Assembly (NCBI GenBank): GCA_964252035.1
Contig: OZ176215.1
Origin: Podarcis erhardii
Lineage: Eukaryota
DNA length: 64,000 nt
Strand: one strand, 5' to 3'
How positions within the stretch are numbered: the stretch's first letter is position 1; each line of letters starts with the position of its first letter. Shown piece after piece: positions 13,197 to 22,394 of the stretch. Under the pieces are notes generated by a model. That model worked only from the letters and a program-made list of their open reading frames with translations. It had not been told where the DNA came from and did not search any database. The translations under genes and the position numbers were made by a program.

Positions 13197-13394
13197 CAGT
13201 GCCTCCTATTTGCCAAGAGGTTGCTGTAGAGGTGGCCAAGAAGGAGGCAGATCCAGCCTCCAAGGAGTCTGCTGCCACCACCAGCACTACAACAGCAGCA
13301 GTGGTGCATTCCTTGGAGGCTGGATCTGCCGTCCCTATGGATCCTGCCACCTGAGGTGGTCGCCTCACACTGCCTCATGGGTGGGCCAGCTCTG
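13197..13394. mobile_element. Probable hAT-type MITE with internal 21-bp inverted repeat
   Basis: Right end gaggtggtcgcctcacactgcctcatgggtgggccagctctg resembles a common lizard MITE terminus (recalled). Left boundary uncertain; TSD only 5/8. Confidence 0.35.
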
Positions 13395-14492
13395 GTTGCC
13401 AGTGGTCAAATGGATATTTGGGTGTATGGTCAGTGGATTTGATCTCACTTTCCCCATGGCCTATTTGCACTCACTGAAAACAACAGGGTTTATGAGAACA
13501 CTGTGTGATCTCTTAGCCCACCACGCAGCGTACCTCTTGCTTCAGCACATTTTTGAACTTCTTTCTCAAAGAGTAACCCCACACCCCACCCCCATGCTGC
13601 CACATGTCCAAACTGCTTTTAAAACAGGGGTGTTTCCAAAGTGGGGGGGGGGGCTGTTAAAAGAAAACCAGAAGTTTGAAAATCTACTGGGCTTGTCCCT
13701 GAACTCAGCAAACTGCATTTACATTGAGGATTTCAGAAACATTATTCTCCTTTGGGGATTTTTGAACAGTGAAACAATCCAATTATTCAAAAAGCAGCAA
13801 GGCTGACAAATACCCCCATTTATCATTTTAAAAATAAATAATAAGCCAACCACAGAAATAATAATACAACAGAGCAGTGAGTTAGCCAGAGACATAATGC
13901 TGAAATCTGCCCATTCCCCCCTCACTACACCCCACTTAATAAACAGGCATCTGACCAATTTCTTGTATTTGAATCCAGGGGCATTGGGTTACAGGAAATA
14001 TAAACCCCTGGTACCTTGCAGGAGGCCTGAGAGCACTCCCCCCCCCCCCTTCTTGTTTCAGGGACACTGGTTAGGAAAATGCAGCAAAGTTAACAAGAAT
14101 TTGCCTCTAGCAGATTCATAGTCAAAGTTCAGAGCAAGTTCTCACCCAGTGTTGTTGTTTCCCAGTTTCAGGACTGGGTTTGTGCAAATATTCAGCAAAA
14201 AGAATATTAGAATATTTTACTCCAAGCTTTGCTGAAATGGCATGGTTAGGAATAGATGATGAGGAAGAGTTTATGTTCCTGGCAAAAATAGAACATATTT
14301 TATGCTGTACATAAATTTGGGCGCAACATCCAGCAAAGTTGATAAGGCCTCGGAGGCTCTGATTTACTAGAAAACACTTGCCTTGAACAAAGACCTCAAG
14401 AGCAGGCTTGTTGTTTTGTTTTGTTTTTTAAAAGTATGGAGGGGCCCTTAATGGAACTGGGTGTGGGATGTGAAACTTATAGCAGTCAAGTG

Positions 14493-14717
14493 CAGTGGTA
14501 CCTCGGGTTAAGAACTTAATTTGTTCTGGAGGTCCGTTCTTAACCTGAAACTGTTCTTAACCTGAAGCACCACTTTAGCTGAAGCACCTCCTGCTGCCGC
14601 CGCGCCGCCGGAGCACGATTTCTGTTCTCATCCTGAAGCAAAGTTCTTTACCCGAGGTACTATTTCTGGGGTATCAGAGTCTGTAACCTGAAGCGTCTGT
14701 AACCCGAGGTACCTCTG
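14493..14717. mobile_element. Tigger-like MITE
   Basis: cagtggtacctcgggtta...taacccgaggtacctctg|TA terminal inverted repeats. Confidence 0.85.
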
Positions 14718-14739
14718 TACAACATTCCTACAGTGGACA

Positions 14740-15069
14740 TGTTAGGGGATGTTTTGTCTCACCCGGGAGAAGACTTCCTGTTTCCTCCTGAGCTGGGAAA
14801 GACTTGAAGAGGACGCGGTCTGTTGTACTATCATGGAGGAGCCCACGGCCTCCATGTTTGGATCAGTGTGTCTTCTCCATTTTGGATGTTGCTTTGTGTT
14901 TGGAGAAGTGACTGCTTATGTAACCTAAGCCTGCCTTCAGGGATATGTCTGTGAACCTGAATGAATCTGTGAATAAACTACTTTTATAGTTAACGTTAAT
15001 CAGATTCTTTTTAAGATTCTTTTACCAGGAAGGAATCTTTAATAGTAAGACTCAGATGGATCAGCAACA
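14740..15069 (+). mobile_element. Possible solo LTR
   Basis: TGtta...caaCA ends, ~330 bp, internal AATAAA. No matching TSD found, so weak. Confidence 0.25.
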
Positions 15070-15859
15070 AGCTGATTGCTGCGTAATTTTAAAAGGGGGA
15101 CTCTGCTAGAATATGGAACTTGCTAGCACAAGTTAGGAAGGATATCATTAAATAATATACCCTCTCCTGCCTCCCTAATAATCCCCACACTGGGCTTCTG
15201 GGGTGCTATTTTGTTTTTAATCTTGCTGACAAAGTGACACAATTTAGTTCTATCCTAGGGTTGCCATAGGTCCTCTTTCCCCCGGACATGTCCTCCTTTT
15301 CAAGGGTAAAATGCCAGTCTGGGGGGATTTGTTAAATATGCCAAATTTTCCTGGGGTTTTTTGTTTGCTACCCTTGATCCCACCTTAGGTATACCTCTAT
15401 TGGGCACGCCTCCTGTCATTCAGCAGTACTGCGGCGCTCATTGGCTCGAGGGCCTCCCTTACCTACCTATGTCCTGCCCTCCATCACCATGGGATCAGGT
15501 GACTCCCCTGGACAACTTGATTCGCTTCAGGGCCTGCTTTTCAAGGGGCTTGGCAGGCCCGGTTGGGTGGCGGCAGTGTCCATCAGCCCTCTCTTCAAAT
15601 TAATTGGATGAAGACGAGGTCTCTCCCCTCAGCATCCCGCCCCACCGCCTGGCCTCTCCTGGAGCTCAGGGAGGGCTGTGCTGGAGAGGTCAGCTCTTCC
15701 CAGTCCCTCTTTTCTCTCACCCCCTTTTTCTGCCTCATTCCCTCTTTCCTCCCCTTCCTACCTCCCTTGCCAGGGCTTCACCTCCGCCTGGGTCTCCCCC
15801 GTACCTTCTCCTTCTTCTCTCTGGCAACTTGGTGGTTCCTCTTTGGGATCTGATACCTT

Positions 15860-16985
15860 TGTTGTTGTTGAGTCGTTTAGTCGTGTCCGCCTCTTTGTGA
15901 CCCCCTGGACCAGAGCACGCCAGGCACTCCTGTCTTCCACTGCCTCCCGCAGTTTGGTCAAACTCATGTTCATAGCTTCGAGAACACTGTCCCACCATCT
16001 CGTCCTCTGTCGTCCCCTTCTCCTTGTGCCCTCCATCTTTCCCAACATCAGGGTCTTTTCCAGGGAGTCTTCTCTTCTCATGAGGTGGCCAAAGTCTTGG
16101 AGCCTCAGCTTCACGATCTGTCCTTCCAGTGAGCACTCAGGGCTGATTTGCTTCAGAATGGAGAGGTTGGATCTTCTTGCAGTCCATGGGACTCTCAACA
16201 TTATAGTGTAGTGTTATAAGAAAAACTGCTCCCTTTCCCTTATGGGATATTCCAAAGCCCCTATAGATGTCTCTGCTTTTTAAGACGCTGTCTAGGTTTG
16301 CCATCACCTTTCTCCCAAGAAGCAGGCGTCTTTTAATTTCATGACTGCTGTCACCATCTGCAGTGATCATGGAGCCCAAGAAAGTAAAATCTCTCACTGC
16401 CTCCACTTCTTCCCCTTCTGTTTGCCAGGAGGTGATGGGACCAGTGGCCATGATCTTCGTTTTTTTGATGTTGAGCTTCAGACCATATTTTGCGCTCTCC
16501 TCTTTCACCCTCATTAAGAGGTTCTTTAATTCCTCCTCACTTTCTGCCATCAAGGTTGTGTCATCTGCATATCTGAGGTTGTTGATATTTCTTCCGGCAA
16601 TCTTAATTCCGGCTTGGGATTCATCCAGCCCAGCCTTTCGCATGATGAATTCTGCATATAAGTTAAATAAGCAGGGAGACAATATACAGCCTTGTTGTAC
16701 TCCTTTCCCAATTTTGAACCAATCAGTTGTTCCATATCCAGTTCTAACTGTAGCTTCTTGTCCCACATAGAGATTTCTCAGGAGACAGATGAGGTGATCA
16801 GGCAGTGATCAGGAGGTGATGAGGTGATTCTTTAAGAACTTGCCATAGTTTGCTGTGGTCGACACAGTCAAAGGCTTTTGCATAGTCAATGAAGCAGAAG
16901 TAGATGTCTTTCTGGAACTCTCTAGCTTTCTCCATAATCCAGCACATGTTTGCAGTTTGGTCTCTGGTTCCTCTGCCTCTTCTAA
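15860..16985 (-). mobile_element. RTE-BovB LINE, 5'-truncated, RT C-terminal half, rearranged
   Basis: ORFs 16137-16766 (GVQQGCILSPCLFNLY...NLRYADDTTL) and 15758-16201 (RVPWTARRSN...GRQRTRW) match RTE/BovB RT; (CAA)n tail at 15860. Confidence 0.95.
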
Positions 16986-17008
16986 ATATTTGCGAGTATT
17001 TATGAGTA

Positions 17009-17381
17009 AGGTAAAGGTAAAGGTAAAGGTACCCCTGCCCGTACGGGCCAGTCGTGTCCGACTCTAGGGTTATGCGCCCATCTCACTTAAGAGGCCGGGG
17101 GCCAGCGCTGTCCGGAGACACTTCCAGGTCACGTGGCCAGCGTGACGAAGCTGCTCTGGCGAGCCGACACCAGTGCAGCACACAGAAATGCCGTTTACCT
17201 TCCCGCTATAAAGCGGTACCTATTTATCTACTTGCACTTAGGGGTGCTTTCGAACTGCTAGGTGGGCAGGAGCTGGGACCGAACGATGGGAGCTCACCCC
17301 GCCGCGGGGATTCGAACCGCTGACCATGCGATCGGCAAGCCCTAGGTGCTGAGGTTTTACCCACAGCGCCACCCGCGTCCC
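17009..17381 (-). mobile_element. Sauria SINE (Squam1), full length
   Basis: (aaaggt)n tail; 11-bp TSD atttatgagta at 16998-17008 and 17382-17392; CpGs largely intact. Confidence 0.92.
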
Positions 17382-18020
17382 ATTTATGAGTATGTAGTAT
17401 CAAATGCAGATGTAGCTTGGCTGCAGAAATGCACTGCACATGTGTTAGCATCCAACATGGGTTCATGTCCTTGGAGTCATTGTTGTACCTTGATGGTAAA
17501 ATAGGATGTTTTCAGGAGAGATCAATGTTGGTTGTGTTTTAGGGGTTGCTTTGGGGTTGTTCTTTTAGTGTGTTTCCTATTCTCTTCTCCTGCCTCCCTC
17601 AGCAATTTATTACAGCTTCTATAGCCTACATATAGTAGGGGTATTTAAAATGAGAATTGTCATAGTGTCCTCTTTTTGGCTCTTCAAAATGTGGCAACCC
17701 TACTCTATCCCAGGTCGGCTCAGGATCCTGTTTCCACAGTGAGTGTCTAAAGAGATTGTTTTGCTTGGTAGCATTTCCAGCTTGAATTCAGTCAGTGGTT
17801 ATTTTCTGATCCTTACTGCCATCCTCATGGGGTTTGTGAAATTTGCACCGATGCTCAAATAGGCAGGTTGTACACAGTTTCGGGTTGGGATCAGCTTTTG
17901 GCCTTGTAGGTCAAGGGGTTATTTATGTCATACAGCAAATTTTGTTTTCTGACTGGGCATAAGAGTCACCTTAGCTCTGCTGCTGAGAAAGGAACATAAA
18001 ACAAAGGGATTTACCTCATG

Positions 18021-18490
18021 GCAAGTTAGACCATTGGTCTATCTGACTCAGTACTGTCTACACTGACTACATACTATCCAACATTGCCCTGATGAAAGTC
18101 AGGGCACCAGAAGTTGTGCATCTTTTGGTGCGACAAGAATCAGCTGGCTCACAAGAGAGCAGCACCAAAGGAAGTGTGTCTTTTGGTGCCGTGCTCTGGA
18201 CCACTGCAGCTGACTTGCACAAGAGCACGGCACCATGGCAAGCACCAGTGCTGGCTGCAAGCACTGGCTCATCCCAGGACATGCCAGGATCACATAAGAA
18301 GCCAGGGTGGCTTCTGTAATTTCAGGAATGTCCTGTTAAAACGGGTGGTTGGAGGGTATGTGCTGGCAGTGGCTCTTGCAGAGTTTCAGGAAGAAGTCCT
18401 TCCCAGCTCTGCCTGGAGATGCCACTGGGGATTAACCTCGGGACCTTTTGCATTCAAGGCAGATGCTTTGCCACTGAGCTACGGCCCTTC
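18021..18490 (-). mobile_element. tRNA-derived SINE (Squam3-like) interrupted by a hAT MITE
   Basis: Head gggccgtagctcagtggcaaagcatctgcc on - at ~18490; tail half ...agtcagtgtagacagtactgag resumes left of the insert at 18069. Homologous to 53401-53570. Confidence 0.75.
18070..18360. mobile_element. hAT-type MITE inserted in the SINE
   Basis: Inverted termini catactatccaac / gttggagggtatg; TSD not clean. Confidence 0.65.
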
Positions 18491-19797
18491 CCCACAGTCT
18501 TGATCCTTACCACCTGGTCACATGTTGCCCTCATAGTGATTTCCAGAGAAACTTTGTGGTTTTATCTAGCGTGACCATATGTTAGGCTCTGGTGATAACA
18601 TCATAATTTCAAAGCATGCACAGATGACCAGATTTCAGCTTTCTATCTATTTATGGAAGTGCCCAAACAGTTCTGATACCCTGTCAGTGAACGAGAGAGA
18701 GATAAGGCAAAAAATTATCCTGTAAAGAAGAGTGCTCTGATATGGGGCTTTCATGAAATGTTGTGCACCGTATCAGTTTAGCTTCCACTTCGGTTCAAAG
18801 CCATGGGCAGAGCTGGGCTATACTTATCTTTACAGTACGCATAGCACATGTGTTGCTGCTGTTTATGTGATTATGCCACAACTAAATATGAGGTTATGTC
18901 CAGGCGTAACTGTATTTTTAATTTGGAATTTATACTCTCCCACTCTGATACCACCATCCCTTTTGCTGTAAGATCAGAAACAATTTTCTTTAAACTTCAT
19001 AAATGACATCACATGTTGCCAGATTAAATATCCCTATAGCTGTTCCTCTTAGGTTTTGTGCAGGTTCCTGGATTTTAACCTTGAAAAGTGAAACACAGCC
19101 CCGCACAGTAATTGAATTACTGCCTTGCACTAAACATGTGACCAGGCTTTATGCAGACAGAATATATACCCTGGATACTGAAACCTCTTTGGGAGAGCGG
19201 GGAGACAAGTAAGGAAAGAGGCAGTGGCCCGCATTTTAAATCTGAGTGAGATCAAATGCAGACTGACTTGGTGGTCTCAACCTCGAGGTTACAGATCAGC
19301 GCTCGGTGCAGAATTTGATGTTTCACATGAAGAGGCTTGGTTGAATGTGGGAGAATCTTTAGGGTTTGGGGCGACAAACCAGAGCAAAGCTCTTCTGTTG
19401 AGCTTTTATTCCTTTGGAACAATAGTGCCCCATAGCAGGGGTTTGTTGTTCTCTTTCAGAATACAGAGTAAAAAGTCAAGGCGGGCAGGTGGTGGTAGAG
19501 GCCTGTCAAGATGCCTCCTTAATTCTTTTTATGTCTTACACCTGAAAACATTGGGTTGCGTCTGGACTTAACTAGCTGTACTTAAGTTATTTCAAGCTGC
19601 AGTACAAGGAAAGGAGATTCTGATTAAACATTCGGAAGAACTTTCTGAGCTGTTTGATGGTGGAACGGGCTACCTCAGAAGGTGGTGGACTCTCTTCTTC
19701 GTTGGAGGTTTTAAAGAGGAGGCTGGGCGGCCAGCTGCCCGGGATTCTTTAGCTGTGGTCCTGCATTGCAGGGAGTTGGAGCAGAGGACCATTTGGG

Positions 19798-19935
19798 CAG
19801 GCATCCCCCAACTCAGCCCTCCGGATGTTTTGGGACTACAATTCCCATCATCCCATACCACTCGTCCTGTCAGCTAGGGATGATGGGAGTTGTAGTCTGA
19901 AAAAACTTCTGGAGGGCCGAGTTGGGGGATGCCTG
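19798..19935. mobile_element. hAT MITE inserted in a CR1 3' tail (CR1 from ~19670)
   Basis: TIRs caggcatccccc / gggggatgcctg; TSD catttggg / cctttggg; internal gactacaattcccatcat inverted repeat. Confidence 0.85.
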
Positions 19936-20832
19936 CCTTTGGGGATCGCTCCCATTATTCTGTTCATGGCTCATATCCAAATCAGATGGGTGTCCATGTT
20001 TTCTATGCACATGTACATAAGTATGACAATAAACCAGTGGTGGTAAGGTCTACCTTTATCACTAAATGGAGTGGTGGGAGCAAAACCTGTCCTCTCACAC
20101 ACCTAAGGACCATCATTTCATTTCCTGCCCTGCCCTGTAACTGCCATATGCAACACTGCTTCTATTCTGCTGCCGTTTGTCTTCTGCCAAAAACTATGCT
20201 ATTTGTCTCCACTCTGGCAAAATTAAGTACTGTAACTTACATAATTATGTATATAATTACATATTTATGTAAATTAGATTGTCATTACATTATGCTGTCC
20301 CATTCATTTCAACTCAAATTCATTTCCCCCAATGCAAATGGGCAGGGAAACTGTAAACATTTACATAGCGCTTGTGGACTGAAGGCAACAACAGATTTGT
20401 ATTTGCTGGATTGATTTATCTTCTGGACATGGGCCAAATAAGTGAGCATTGGCAATTTTGCCTGGTTTCTTTTTTTAAAAAAAATAATATTTATTGGTTT
20501 TTAACAGAAAAAAGAGTTACAAATCAATACACAATAAAAGCACGAAAAACAAAATACAAAAACCAAAATTTAACATAAAAAGAAGAAAAAAGAAAAAGAA
20601 GAAAAACAAAAATCCCTCTTTCTGATATCTTAACTCTCGTTGACTTATTTTCATGACTTCCTCACACCTTCCGTTTCTGTATTTCATTTAAAAATTTGTT
20701 CAGCCAATTCATACTCTCTTAATTTACCCTTAATTGTTTACCATCACATATTATATTTTCCAAATTTTCATCTATTATCAATCCTTTCTTAGATATTCTT
20801 ATTTTACCAAACCTTTCTGCTAAAGCCAATTA

Positions 20833-21602
20833 CCGTATTTTTCATCCCATAGGACGCTCCGTCCCATAGGACGCACCTAGTTTTTTGGGGGGGAAATAAA
20901 GGGAAAAAAATTTCCCTTTATTTCCCCCCCAAAAGCAGGTCGGGGAAACCGAACCAGGTCGAGGAACGGCGCTGCGCCTCCCTGCTGTCCCCCGAGCTTG
21001 TGCGGCTGGCCGATGTCTGCCTCAGGCAGCAGGCTGCTATCCGCAGTGTGCGGAACCCTGCGGGGAACTCCTGCAGGGCTCCCCACGCTGCGGATGTCTG
21101 TCCGGCGCACGGGGCACTCTGCTTCAGGGCGCCCCGCCTGCCGGGCGGCACGCTGCTATCTGCAGCGTGGGGAGCCCTGCGGAGAACTCCCACAGGGCTG
21201 CCCAGGCTGCGGATGTGCTCCCGAAGCGCCGGGCGCTCTGCTTTCAGGGCGCCCGACGCTCCGGGAAGCAGGCTGCTATCCGCAGCCTAGACATCCCTGT
21301 CGGACCTCCTGCAGGGCTGCCCAGGTTGTGGATGTGCTCCCGAAGCGCCGGGCGCTCTGCTTTCAGGGCGCCCGACGCTCCAGGAAGCAGGCTGCTATCC
21401 GCAGCCTAGACAGCCCTGCGGGACCTCCTGCAGGGCTGCCTAGGCTGCGGATGTCTTCCTGAAGCCTGGAGAGCGAGAGGGGTCGGTGCGCACCGACCCC
21501 TCTCGCTCTCAAAGCTTCAGCGAAAGCCTGCATTCGCCCCATAGGACGCACCCAGATTTCCCCCTTCTGGGGAAAGTGCGTCCTATGGGGCGAAAAATAC
21601 GG
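20833..21602. mobile_element. Tc1/mariner (Tc2-type terminus) MITE, 770 bp, GC-rich, with ~120-bp internal tandem units
   Basis: TA|ccgtatttttc...gaaaaatacgg|TA; gctgctatc recurs at 21033, 21152, 21272 and 21391. Confidence 0.85.
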
Positions 21603-21758
21603 TAATTCCTTTCCAGCACATTCTTATATTTCATTAGGGTTACACTAATTCCAAAAATAAAAATATATAAAAGGAAATTCTCATTCTAGTTTTATCCAAC
21701 GTCCTTTCTTCCTGGTTACGGGTTATGTCAGTCCTTTCTCGCCATTATATCCTGTCCA

Positions 21759-22394
21759 TCAATCTGGTGTTCTAATGTCCGAAGCTCTCAGATCCCTTCT
21801 ATGCCCCCTCTGCAGATTTTCTTGTTCCTGTTTGTACTTGCACACTTCCTTGTCCCTTGTTGGGTTCTTTTGTGATTTCTTCCCTTTCTCCTTAGGGAGT
21901 GAGTCTCCGGGGAATTCTGTACAGTAATAATCTCCATTTTCTTTCCTCATAATGTCCCATTCCCCACTGACCCACTCCCCTGTGTTGGTTTTGTAATCCA
22001 AAAAATAGTTGTTCCAAAAATAGTTATCAACTTGTTTCACAGTCCCACCAGAGCTAAGAACTTCCTTAACTCCAAAAGCTTGCAGACACTCTCCAAGTTC
22101 GATCTTCCAGTATTGCAACTTTTGGTCCTGCAGGACTTTGAGTCTCTGAAACTTTTGAGGTGCAATCCCCACCTCTTCCATCTTCATCTGCCCTTGGACT
22201 TGCTTTATTGAATCGATTCCCTGGATTGACTGTTGTAAGGTTTCTTTGTCTTCGTTTCGTATTAGTTCGTGTTTACTAGCTGCAGTAGATATAAAATCCA
22301 ACTTTTCATTCATCAAAGACACTTTCTCATCCAGCTGCTGCAGCTTAGCATGTATTTTGCCAAGGGCAGAGAGTAAAACTTCCTCCCTGATCAT
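21759..22394 (-). CDS. 211-aa ORF of the non-autonomous element; N-terminal heptad/coiled-coil-like segment; product unknown (possibly ORF1-derived)
   Basis: ATG at 22394 to TGA without interruption; C-terminal RDLRASDIRTP is shared with the second element at ~52600. Confidence 0.55.
   Translation of the reverse strand: MIREEVLLSALGKIHAKLQQLDEKVSLMNEKLDFISTAASKHELIRNEDKETLQQSIQGIDSIKQVQGQMKMEEVGIAPQKFQRLKVLQDQKLQYWKIELGECLQAFGVKEVLSSGGTVKQVDNYFWNNYFLDYKTNTGEWVSGEWDIMRKENGDYYCTEFPGDSLPKEKGKKSQKNPTRDKEVCKYKQEQENLQRGHRRDLRASDIRTPD

Larger units (their letters stand above)
15256..17702. mobile_element. Non-autonomous hAT element (2447 bp) carrying nested BovB and Sauria SINE
   Basis: TIRs tagggttgcca / tggcaacccta; 8-bp TSD ttctatcc (15248-15255) / ctctatcc (17703-17710). 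Confidence 0.8.

Noticed and set aside
13106-13354. 82-aa ORF that looks protein-like
   Set aside because: Both strands are open because of an inverted repeat within a probable MITE; no recognisable homology or splice context.
21030-21460. CRISPR-like array of regularly spaced palindromic repeats
   Set aside because: Whole ~120-bp units are repeated with no unique spacers; the array lies inside a TA-flanked MITE in a vertebrate genome with no cas genes.
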